From the human T2T-CHM13v2.0 reference genome, Homo sapiens, in assembly GCF_009914755.1 (NCBI RefSeq), contig NC_060925.1: DNA of 64,000 bases, one strand, 5' to 3'. The position numbers and the translations under genes are program-made. Below the pieces are notes generated by a model. The model was not told where the DNA came from, made no database searches, and saw only the letters and a list, made by a program, of their open reading frames with translations. This document shows, in pieces, positions 45,501 to 59,200 of this stretch (within the stretch, counting starts at the first letter, position 1; every line of letters starts with the position of its first letter).

Positions 45501-46800
45501 GAATCGAATGGAATCACCGAATAGAATCGAATGGAACAATCATCGAATGGACTCCAATGGAATTATCCTCAAATGGAATCGAATGGAATTATCGAATGCA
45601 ATCGAATGGAATTATCGAATGCAATCGAATAGAATCATCGAATGGACTCGAATGGAATCATCGAATGGAATGGAATGGAACAGTCAATGAACTCGAATGG
45701 AATCATCATTGAATTGAATCGAAAGGAATCATCGAGTGGAATCGAATGGAATTATGATCAAATGGAATCGAATGTAATCATCATCAAATGGAATCAAAGA
45801 TAACCATCATCAATTGGTATTGAATGGAATTGTCATCAAATGGAATTCAAAGGAATCATCACCAAATGGAACCGAAAGGAATCCTCATTGAATGGAAATG
45901 AAAGGGTCATCATCTAATGGAATCGCATGGAATCATCATCAAATGGAATCGAATGGAATCATCATCAGATGGAATCTAATGGAATCATTGAACAGAATTG
46001 AATGGAATCGTCATCGAATGAATTGAATGCAATCATCGAATGGTCTCGAACGGAATCATCTTCTAATGGAAAGGAATGGAATCATCGCATAGAATCGAAT
46101 GGAATTAACATTGAATGGACTCGAATGGAATCAACATCAAACGGAATCAAGCGGAATTATCGAATGGAATCGAAGAGAATCATCGAATGGACTCGAATGG
46201 AATCATCTAATGGAATGGAATGGAATAATCCACGGACTCGAATGCAATCATCATCGTATAGAATCGAATGGAATCATCGAAAGGACTCGAAAGGAATAAT
46301 CATTGAACGGAATCGAATGGAATCATCATCGGATGGAAACGAATGGAATCATCATCGAATGGAAATGAAAGGAGTCATCATCTAATGGAATTGCATGGAA
46401 TCATCATAAAATGGAATCGAATGGAATCATCATCAAATGGAATCAAATGGAATCATTGAACGGAATTGAATGGAATCGTCATCGAATGAATTGAATGCAA
46501 TCATCGAATGGTCTCGAATGGAATCATCTTCAAATGGAATGGAATGGAATCATCGCATAGAATCGAATGGAATTATCATCGAATGGAATCGAATGGAATC
46601 AACATCAAATGGAAAAAAACGGAATTATCGAATGGAATCGAAGAGAATCATCGAATGGACCCGAATGGAATCATCTAATGGAATGGAATGGAATAATCCA
46701 TGGACTCGAATGCAATCATCATCGAATGGAATCGAATGGAATCATCGAATGGACTCGAATGGAATAATCATCAAACGGAATCGAATGGAATCATCGAGTG
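30550..46800 (+). repeat. More diverged HSat2 zone with no long higher-order period
   Basis: Unit lengths run 1776, 1774, 1766, 1767, 1781, 1776, 2244, 1775, 1063, with many singleton substitutions and small indels. I found no multi-kb near-identical partner in the window. Confidence 0.8.
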
Positions 46801-48840
46801 GAATCGAATGGAATTATGATCAAATGGAATCGAATGTAATCATCATCAAATGGAATCAAAAATAACCATCATCAATTGGTATTGAATGGAATTGTCATCA
46901 AATGGAATTCAAAGGAATCATCATCAAATGGAACCGAATGGAATCCTCATTGAATGGAAATGAAAGGGGTCATCATCTAATGGAATCGCATGGAATCATC
47001 ATCAAATGGAATCGAATGGAATCATCATCAAATGGAATCTAATGGAATCATTGAACAGAATTGAATGGAATCGTCATCGAATGAATTGAATGCAATCATC
47101 GAATGGTCTCGAATGGAATCATCTTCTAATGGAAAGGAATGGAATCATCGCATAGAATCGAATGGAATTATCATCGAATGGAATCGAATGGTATCAACAC
47201 CAAACTGAAAAAAACGGAATTATCGAATGGAATCGAAGAGAATCTTCGAACGGACCCGAATGGAATCATCTAATGGAATGGAATGGAATAATCCATGGAC
47301 TCGAATGCAATCATCATCGAATGGAATCGAATGGAATCATCGAATGGACTCGAATGGAATAATCATTGAACGGAATCGAATGGAATCATCATCGGATGGA
47401 AACGAATGGAATCATCATCGAATGGAAATGAAAGGAGTCATCATCTAATGGAAATGCATGGAATCATCATAAAATGGAATCGAATGGAATCAACATCAAA
47501 TGGAATCAAATGGAATCATTGAACGGAATTGAATGGAATCGTCATCGAATGAATTGAATGCAATCATCGAATGGTCTCGAATGGAATCATCTTCAAATGG
47601 AATGGAATGGAATCATCGCATAGAATCGAATGGAATTATCATCGAATGGAATCGAATGGAATCAACATCAAACGGAAAAAAACGGAATTATCGAATGGAA
47701 TCGAAGAGAATCATCGAATGGACCCGAATGGAATCATCTAATGGAATGGAATGGAATAATCCATGGACTCGAATGCAATCATCATCGAATGGAATCGAAT
47801 GGAATCATCGAATGGACTCGAATGGAATAATCATTGAACGGAAACGAATGGAATCATCATCGGATGGAAATGAATGGAATCATCATCGAATAGAATCGAA
47901 TAGAATTATGGAATGAAATCCAGTGTGATCATCATCGAATGGACCCGAATGGAATCATCATCCAACGGAAGCTAATGGAATCAACATCGAATGAATCGAA
48001 TGGAAACACCATCGAATTGAAACGAATGGAATTATCATGAAATTGAAATGGATGGACTCATCATCGAATGGATTCGAATGGAATCATCGAATAAAATTGA
48101 TTGAAATCATCATCGAATGGAATCGAATGGTATCATTGAATGGAATCGAATGGAATCATCATCAGATGGAAATGAATGGAATCGTCATAGAATGGAATCG
48201 AATGGATTCATTGAATGGAATCAGATGGAATCATCGAATGGACTGGAATGGAATCATTGAATGGACTCGAAAGGGATCATGATTGAATGGAATTGAATGG
48301 AATCATCGAATGGTCTCGATTGGAATCATTATCAAATGGAATCGAATTGAATCACCGAATAGAATCGAATGGAACAATCATCGAATGGACTCAAATGGAA
48401 TTATCCTCCAATGTAATCGAATGGAATTATCGAATGCAATCGAATGGAATTATCGAATGCAATCGAATAGAATCATCGAATGGACTCGAATGGAATCATC
48501 GAATGGAATGGAATGGAACAGTCAATGAACTCGAATGGAATCATCATTGAATGGAATCGAATGGAATCATCGAGTGGAATCGAATGGAATTATGATCAAA
48601 TGGAATCGAATGTAATCATCATCAAATGGAATCAAAAATAACCATCATCAATTGGTATTGAATGGAATTGTCATCAAATGGAATTCAAAGGAATCATCAT
48701 CAAATGGAACCGAATGGAATCCTCATTGAATGGAAATGAAAGGGGTCATCATCTAATGGAATCGCATGGAATCATCATCAAATGGAATCGAACGGAATCA
48801 TCATCAAATGGAATCTAATGGAATCATTGAACAGAATTGA

Positions 48841-49903
48841 ATGGAATCGTCATCGAATGAATTGAATGCAATCATCGAATGGTCTCGAATGGAATCATCT
48901 TCTAATGGAAAGGAATGGAATCATCGCATAGAATCGAATGGAATTATCATCGAATGGAATCGAATGGTATCAACACCAAACGGAAAAAAACGGAATTATC
49001 GAATGGAATCGAAGAGAATCTTCGAACGGACCTGAATGGAATCATCTAATGGAATGGAATGGAATAATCCATGGACTCGAATGCAATCATCATCGAATGG
49101 AATCGAATGGAATCATCGAATGGACTCGAATGGAATAATCATTGAACGGAATCGAATGGAATCATCATCGGATGGAAACGAATGGAATCATCATCGAATG
49201 GAAATGAAAGGAGTCATCATCTAATGGAATTGCATGGAATCATCATAAAATGGAATCGAATGGAATCAACATCAAATGGAATCAAATGGAATCATTGAAC
49301 GGAATTGAATGGAATCGTCATCGAATGAATTGACTGCAATCATCGAATGGTCTCGAATGGAATCATCTTCAAATGGAATGGAATGGAATCATCGCATAGA
49401 ATCGAATGGAAGTATCATCGAATGGAATCGAATGGAATCAACATCAAACGGAAAAAAACGGAATTATCGAATGGAATCGAAGAGAATCATCGAATGGACC
49501 CGAATGGAATCATCTAATGGAATGGAATGGAATAATCCATGGACTCGAATGCAATCATCATCGAATGGAATCGAATGGAATCATCGAATGAACTCGAATG
49601 GAATCATCATTGAATGGAATCGAATGGAATCATCGAGTGGAATCGAATGGAATTATGATCAAATGGAATCGAATGTAATCATCATCAAATGGAATCAAAA
49701 ATAACCATCATCAATTGGTATTGAATGGAATTGTCATCAAAAGGAATTCAAAGGAATCATCATCAAATGGAACCGAATGGAATCCTCATTGAATGGAAAT
49801 GAATGGGGTCATCATCTAACGGAATCGCATGGAATCATCATCAAATGGAATCGAATGGAATCATCATCAAATGGAATCTAATGGAATCATTGAACAGAAT
49901 TGA
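48841..49903 (+). repeat. 1063-bp deletion unit (1776 minus 713)
   Basis: The second sub-repeat joins directly to the CATCGAGTGG...ATGATCAAA segment and the AAATCCAGTGTG...GAACAGTC tail is missing. Also starts at 46002, 51359, 55185, 58024 and 60542. Confidence 0.92.
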
Positions 49904-51358
49904 ATGGAATCGTCATCGAATGAATTGAATGCAATCATCGAATGGTCTCGAATGCAATCACATTCTAATGGAAAGGAATGGAATCATCGCATAGAATCGA
50001 ATGGAATTAACATTGAATGGACTCGAATGGAATCAACATCAAACGGAATCAAGCGGAATTATCGAATGGAATCGAAGAGAATCATCGAATGGACTCGAAT
50101 GGAATCATCTTCTAATGGAAAGGAATGGAATCATCGCATAGAATCGAATGGAATTATCATCGAATGGAATCGAATGGTATCAACACCAAACGGAAAAAAA
50201 CGGAATTATCGAATGGAATCGAAGAGAATCTTCGAACGGACCCGAATGGAATCATCTAATGGAATGGAATGGAATAATCCATGTACTCGAATGCAATCAT
50301 CATCGAATGGAATCGAATGGAATCATCGAATGGACTCGAATGGAATAATCATTGAACGGAATCGAATGGAATCATCATCGGATGGAAATGAATGGAATCA
50401 TCATCGAATGGAATCGAATAGAATTATGGAATGAAATCCAGTGTGATCATCATCGAATGGACCCGAATGGAATCATCATCCAACGGAAGCTAATGGAATC
50501 AACATCGAATGAATCGAATGGAAACACCATCGAATTGAAACGAATGGAATTATCATGAAATTGAAATGGATGGACTCATCATCGAATGGATTCGAATGGA
50601 ATCATCGAATAAAATTGATTGAAATCATCATCAAATGGAATCGAATGGTATCATTGAATGGAATCGAATGGAATCATCATCAGATGGAAATGAATGGAAT
50701 CGTCATAGAATGGAATCGAATGGATTCATTGAATGGAATCAGATGGAATCATCGAATGGACTGGAATGGAATCATTGAATGGACTCGAAAGGGATCATGA
50801 TTGAATGGAATTGAATGGAATCATCGAATGGTCTCGATTGGAATCATTATCAAATGGAATCGAATGGAATCACCGAATAGAATCGAATGGAACAATCATC
50901 GAATGGACTCAAATGGAATTATCCTCCAATGGAATCGAATGGAATTATCGAATGCAATCGAATGGAATTATCGAATGCAATCGAATAGAATCATCGAATG
51001 GACTCGAATGGAATCATCGAATGGAATGGAATGGAACAGTCAATGAACTCGAATGGAATCATCATTGAATGGAATCGAATGGAATCATCGAGTGGAATCG
51101 AATGGAATTATGATCAAATGGAATCGAATGTAATCATCATCAAATGGAATCAAAAATAACCATCATCAATTGGTATTGAATGGAATTGTCATCAAATGGA
51201 ATTCAAAGGAATCATCATCAAATGGAACCGAATGGAATCCTCATTGAATGGAAATGAAAGGGGTCATCATCTAATGGAATCGCATGGAATCATCATCAAA
51301 TGGAATCGAATGGAATCATCATCAAATGGAATCTAATGGAATCATTGAACAGAATTGA
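49904..51358 (+). repeat. 1455-bp unit (1308 plus a 147-bp internal duplication)
   Basis: The segment TTCTAATGGAAAGG...GAAGAGAATC occurs twice, 147 bp apart (blocks starting at 49952 and 50099). Other such units start at 53730, 59087 and 62913. Confidence 0.92.
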
Positions 51359-54300
51359 ATGGAATCGTCATCGAATGAATTGAATGCAATCATCGAATGG
51401 TCTCGAATGGAATCATCTTCTAATGGAAAGGAATGGAATCATCGCATAGAATCGAATGGAATTATCATCGAATGGAATCGAATGGTATCAACACCAAACG
51501 GAAAAAAACGGAATTATCGAATGGAATCGAAGAGAATCTTCGAACGGACCCGAATGGAATCATCTAATGGAATGGAATGGAATAATCCATGGACTCGAAT
51601 GCAATCATCATCGAATGGAATCGAATGGAATCATCGAATGGACTCGAATGGAATAATCATTGAACGGAATCGAATGGAATCATCATCGGATGGAAACGAA
51701 TGGAATCAACATCGAATTGAAATGAAAGGAGTCATCATCTAATGGAATTGCATGGAATCATCATAAAATGGAATCGAATGGAATCAACATCAAATGGAAT
51801 CAAATGGAATCATTGAACGGAATTGAATGGAATCGTCATCGAATGAATTGACTGCAATCATCGAATGGTCTCGAATGGAATCATCTTCAAATGGAATGGA
51901 ATGGAATCATCGCATAGAATCGAATGGAATTATCATCGAATGGAATCGAATGGAATCAACATCAAACGGAAAAAAACGGAATTATCGAATGGAATCGAAG
52001 AGAATCATCGAATGGACCCAAATGGAATCATCTAATGGAATGGAATGGAATAATCCATGGACTCGAATGCAATCATCATCGAATGGAATCGAATGGAATC
52101 ATCGAATGAATTCGAATGGAATCATCATTGAATGGAATCGAATGGAATCATCGAGTGGAATCGAATGGAATTATGATCAAATGGAATCGAATGTAATCAT
52201 CATCAAATGGAATCAAAAATAACCATCATCAATTGGTATTGAATGGAATTGTCATCAAATGGAATTCAAAGGAATCATCATCAAATGGAACCGAATGGAA
52301 TCCTCATTGAATGGAAATGAAAGGGGTCATCATCTAATGGAATCGCATGGAATCATCATCAAATGGAATCGAATGGAATCATCATCAAATGGAATCTAAT
52401 GGAATCATTGAACAGAATTGAATGGAATCGTCATCGAATGAATTGAATGCAATCATCGAATGGTCTCGAATGGAATCATCTTCTAATGGAAAGGAATGGA
52501 ATCATCGCATAGAATCGAATGGAATTATCATCGAATGGAATCGAATGGTATCAACACCAAACGGAAAAAAACGGAATTATCGAATGGAATCGAAGAGAAT
52601 CTTCGAACGGACCCGAATGGAATCATCTAATGGAATGGAATGGAATAATCCATGGACTCGAATGCAATCATCATCGAATGGAATCGAATGGAATCATCGA
52701 ATGGACTCGAATGGAATAATCATTGAACGGAAACGAATGGAATCATCATCGGATGGAAATGAATGGAATCATCATCGAATGGAATCGAATAGAATTATGG
52801 AATGAAATCCAGTGTGATCATCATCGAATGGACCCGAATGGAATCATCATCCAACGGAAGCTAATGGAATCAACATCGAATGAATCGAATGGAAACACCA
52901 TCGAATTGAAACGAATGGAATTATCATGAAATTGAAATGGATGGACTCATCATCGAATGGATTCGAATGGAATCATCGAATAAAATTGATTGAAATCATC
53001 ATCGAATGGAATCGAATTGTATCATTGAATGGAATCGAATGGAATCATCATCAGATGGAAATGAATGGAATCGTCATAGAATGGAATCGAATGGATTCAT
53101 TGAATGGAATCAGATGGAATCATCGAATGGACTGGAATGGAATCATTGAATGGACTCAAAAGGGATCATGATTGAATGGAGTTGAATGGAATCATCGAAT
53201 GGTCTCGATTGGAATCATTATCAAATGGAATCGAATGGAATCACCGAATAGAATCGAATGGAACAATCATCGAATGGACTCAAATGGAATTATCCTCCAA
53301 TGGAATCGAATGGAATTATCGAATGCAATCGAATGGAATTATCGAATGCAATAGAATAGAATCATCGAATGGACTCGAATGGAATCATCGAATGGAATGG
53401 AATGGAACAGTCAATGAACTCGAATGGAATCATCATTGAATGGAATCGAATGGAATCATCGAGTGGAATCGAATGGAATTATGATCAAATGGAATCGAAT
53501 ATAATCATCATCAAATGGAATTAAAAATAACCATCATCAATTGGTATTGAATGGAATTCTCATCAAATGGAATTCAAAAGAATCATCATCAAATGGAACT
53601 GAATGGAATCCTCATTGAATGGAAATGAAAGGGGTCATCATCTAATGGAATCGCATGGAATCATCATCAAATGGAATCGAATGGAATCATCATCAAATGG
53701 AATCTGATGGAATCATTGAACAGAATTGAATGGAATCGTCATCGAATGAATTGAATGCAATCATCGAATGGTCTTGAATGCAATCACATTCTAATGGAAA
53801 GGAATGGAATCATCGCATAGAATCGAATGGAATTAACATTGAATGGACTCGAATGGAATCAACATCAAACGGAATCAAGCGGAATTATCGAATGGAATCG
53901 AAGAGAATCATCGAATGGACTCGAATGGAATCATCTTCTAATGGAAAGGAATGGAATCATCGCATAGAATCGAATGGAATTATCATCGAATGGAATCGAA
54001 TGGTATCAACACCAAACGGAAAAAAACGGAATTATCGAATGGAATCGAAGAGAATCTTCGAACGGACCCGAATGGAATCATCTAATGGAATGGAATGGAA
54101 TAATCCATGTACTCGAATGCAATCATCATCGAATGGAATCGAATGGAATCATCGAATGGACTCGAATGGAATAATCATTGAACGGAATCGAATGGAATCA
54201 TCATCGGATGGAAATGAATGGAATCATCATCGAATGGAATCGAATAGAATTATGGAATGAAATCCAGTGTGATCATCATCGAATGGACCCGAATGGAATC

Positions 54301-56230
54301 ATCATCCAACGGAAGCTAATGGAATCAACATCGAATGAATCGAATGGAAACACCATCGAATTGAAACGAATGGAATTATCATGAAATTGAAATGGATGGA
54401 CTCATCATCGAATGGATTCGAATGGAATCATCGAATAAAATTGATTGAAATCATCATCAAATGGAATCGAATGGTATCATTGAATGGAATCGAATGGAAT
54501 CATCATCAGATGGAAATGAATGGAATCGTCATAGAATGGAATCGAATGGATTCATTGAATGGAATCAGATGGAATCATCGAATGGACTGGAATGGAATCA
54601 TTGAATGGACTCGAAAGGGATCATGATTGAATGGAATTGAATGGAATCATCGAATGGTCTCGATTGGAATCATTATCAAATGGAATCGAATGGAATCACC
54701 GAATAGAATCGAATGGAACAATCATCGAATGGACTCAAATGGAATTATCCTCCAATGGAATCGAATGGAATTATCGAATGCAATCGAATGGAATTATCGA
54801 ATGCAATCGAATAGAATCATCGAATGGACTCGAATGGAATCATCGAATGGAATGGAATGGAACAGTCAATGAACTCGAATGGAATCATCATTGAATGGAA
54901 TCGAATGGAATCATCGAGTGGAATCGAATGGAATTATGATCAAATGGAATCGAATGTAATCATCATCAAATGGAATCAAAAATAACCATCATCAATTGGT
55001 ATTGAATGGAATTGTCATCAAATGGAATTCAAAGGAATCATCATCAAATGGAACCGAATGGAATCCTCATTGAATGGAAATGAAAGGGGTCATCATCTAA
55101 TGGAATCGCATGGAATCATCATCAAATGGAATCGAATGGAATCATCATCAAATGGAATCTAATGGAATCATTGAACAGAATTGAATGGAATCGTCATCGA
55201 ATGAATTGAATGCAATCATCGAATGGTCTCGAATGGAATCATCTTCTAATGGAAAGGAATGGAATCATCGCATAGAATCGAATGGAATTATCATCGAATG
55301 GAATCGAATGGTATCAACACCAAACGGAAAAAAACGGAATTATCGAATGGAATCGAAGAGAATCTTCGAACGGACCCGAATGGAATCATCTAATGGAATG
55401 GAATGGAATAATCCATGGACTCGAATGCAATCATCATCGAATGGAATCGAATGGAATCATCGAATGGACTCGAATGGAATAATCATTGAACGGAATCGAA
55501 TGGAATCATCATCGGATGGAAACGAATGGAATCAACATCGAATTGAAATGAAAGGAGTCATCATCTAATGGAATTGCATGGAATCATCATAAAATGGAAT
55601 CGAATGGAATCAACATCAAATGGAATCAAATGGAATCATTGAACGGAATTGAATGGAATCGTCATCGAATGAATTGACTGCAATCATCGAATGGTCTCGA
55701 ATGGAATCATCTTCAAATGGAATGGAATGGAATCATCGCATAGAATCGAATGGAATTATCATCGAATGGAATCGAATGGAATCAACATCAAACGGAAAAA
55801 AACGGAATTATCGAATGGAATCGAAGAGAATCATCGAATGGACCCAAATGGAATCATCTAATGGAATGGAATGGAATAATCCATGGACTCGAATGCAATC
55901 ATCATCGAATGGAATCGAATGGAATCATCGAATGAACTCGAATGGAATCATCATTGAATGGAATCGAATGGAATCATCGAGTGGAATCGAATGGAATTAT
56001 GATCAAATGGAATCGAATGTAATCATCATCAAATGGAATCAAAAATAACCATCATCAATTGGTATTGAATGGAATTGTCATCAAATGGAATTCAAAGGAA
56101 TCATCATCAAATGGAACCGAATGGAATCCTCATTGAATGGAAATGAAAGGGGTCATCATCTAATGGAATCGCATGGAATCATCATCAAATGGAATCGAAT
56201 GGAATCATCATCAAATGGAATCTAATGGAA
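49950..56230 (+). repeat. 3826-bp-offset duplication nested in the 9183-bp repeat
   Basis: 50148/53974, 51359/55185 and 51827/55653 are +3826 and share variants (CCATGTACTC, CAACATCGAATTGAAATG, GGACCCAAAT). Confidence 0.88.
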
Positions 56231-59200
56231 TCATTGAACAGAATTGAATGGAATCGTCATAGAATGAATTGAATGCAATCATCGAATGGTCTCGAATGGA
56301 ATCATCTTCTAATGGAAAGGAATGGAATCATCGCATAGAATCGAATGGAATTATCATCGAATGGAATCGAATGGTATCAACACCAAACTGAAAAAAACGG
56401 AATTATCGAATGGAATCGAAGAGAATCTTCGAACGGACCCGAATGGAATCATCTAATGGAATGGAATGGAATAATCCATGGACTCGAATGCAATCATCAT
56501 CGAATGGAATCGAATGGAATCATCGAATGGACTCGAATGGAATAATCATTGAACGGAATCGAATGGAATCATCATCGGATGGAAACGAATGGAATCATCA
56601 TCGAATGGAAATGAAAGGAGTCATCATCTAATGGAAATGCATGGAATCATCATAAAATGGAATCGAATGGAATCAACATCAAATGGAATCAAATGGAATC
56701 ATTGAACGGAATTGAATGGAATCGTCATCGAATGAATTGAATGCAATCATCGAATGGTCTCGAATGCAATCATCTTCAAATGGAATGGAATGGAATCATC
56801 GCATAGAATCGAATGGAATTATCATCGAATGGAATCGAATGGAATCAACATCAAACGGAAAAAAACGGAATTATCGAATGGAATCGAAGAGAATCATCGA
56901 ATGGACCCGAATGGAATCATCTAATGGAATGGAATGGAATAATCCATGGACTCGAATGCAATCATCATCGAATGGAATCGAATGGAATCATCGAATGGAC
57001 TCGAATGGAATAATCATTGAACGGAAACGAATGGAATCATCATCGGATGGAAATGAATGGAATCATCATCGAATAGAATCGAATAGAATTATGGAATGAA
57101 ATCCAGTGTGATCATCATCGAATGGACCCGAATGGAATCATCATCCAACGGAAGCTAATGGAATCAACATCGAATGAATCGAATGGAAACACCATCGAAT
57201 TGAAACGAATGGAATTATCATGAAATTGAAATGGATGGACTCATCATCGAATGGATTCGAATGGAATCATCGAATAAAATTGATTGAAATCATCATCGAA
57301 TGGAATCGAATGGTATCATTGAATGGAATCGAATGGAATCATCATCAGATGGAAATGAATGGAATCGTCATAGAATGGAATCGAATGGATTCATTGAATG
57401 GAATCAGATGGAATCATCGAATGGACTGGAATGGAATCATTGAATGGACTCGAAAGGGATCATGATTGAATGGAATTGAATGGAATCATCGAATGGTCTC
57501 GATTGGAATCATTATCAAATGGAATCGAATGGAATCACCGAATAGAATCGAATGGAACAATCATCGAATGGACTCAAATGGAATTATCCTCCAATGGAAT
57601 CGAATGGAATTATCGAATGCAATCGAATGGAATTATCGAATGCAATCGAATAGAATCATCGAATGGACTCGAATGGAATCATCGAATGGAATGGAATGGA
57701 ACAGTCAATGAACTCGAATGGAATCATCATTGAATGGAATCGAATGGAATCATCGAGTGGAATCGAATGGAATTATGATCAAATGGAATCGAATGTAATC
57801 ATCATCAAATGGAATCAAAAATAACCATCATCAATTGGTATTGAATGGAATTGTCATCAAATGGAATTCAAAGGAATCATCATCAAATGGAACCGAATGG
57901 AATCCTCATTGAATGGAAATGAAAGGGGTCATCATCTAATGGAATCGCATGGAATCATCATCAAATGGAATCGAACGGAATCATCATCAAATGGAATCTA
58001 ATGGAATCATTGAACAGAATTGAATGGAATCGTCATCGAATGAATTGAATGCAATCATCGAATGGTCTCGAATGGAATCATCTTCTAATGGAAAGGAATG
58101 GAATCATCGCATAGAATCGAATGGAATTATCATCGAATGGAATCGAATGGTATCAACACCAAACGGAAAAAAACGGAATTATCGAATGGAATCGAAGAGA
58201 ATCTTCGAACGGACCTGAATGGAATCATCTAATGGAATGGAATGGAATAATCCATGGACTCGAATGCAATCATCATCGAATGGAATCGAATGGAATCATC
58301 GAATGGACTCGAATGGAATAATCATTGAACGGAATCGAATGGAATCATCATCGGATGGAAACGAATGGAATCATCATCGAATGGAAATGAAAGGAGTCAT
58401 CATCTAATGGAATTGCATGGAATCATCATAAAATGGAATCGAATGGAATCAACATCAAATGGAATCAAATGGAATCATTGAACGGAATTGAATGGAATCG
58501 TCATCGAATGAATTGACTGCAATCATCGAATGGTCTCGAATGGAATCATCTTCAAATGGAATGGAATGGAATCATCGCATAGAATCGAATGGAAGTATCA
58601 TCGAATGGAATCGAATGGAATCAACATCAAACGGAAAAAAACGGAATTATCGAATGGAATCGAAGAGAATCATCGAATGGACCCGAATGGAATCATCTAA
58701 TGGAATGGAATGGAATAATCCATGGACTCGAATGCAATCATCATCGAATGGAATCGAATGGAATCATCGAATGAACTCGAATGGAATCATCATTGAATGG
58801 AATCGAATGGAATCATCGAGTGGAATCGAATGGAATTATGATCAAATGGAATCGAATGTAATCATCATCAAATGGAATCAAAAATAACCATCATCAATTG
58901 GTATTGAATGGAATTGTCATCAAAAGGAATTCAAAGGAATCATCATCAAATGGAACCGAATGGAATCCTCATTGAATGGAAATGAATGGGGTCATCATCT
59001 AACGGAATCGCATGGAATCATCATCAAATGGAATCGAATGGAATCATCATCAAATGGAATCTAATGGAATCATTGAACAGAATTGAATGGAATCGTCATC
59101 GAATGAATTGAATGCAATCATCGAATGGTCTCGAATGCAATCACATTCTAATGGAAAGGAATGGAATCATCGCATAGAATCGAATGGAATTAACATTGAA

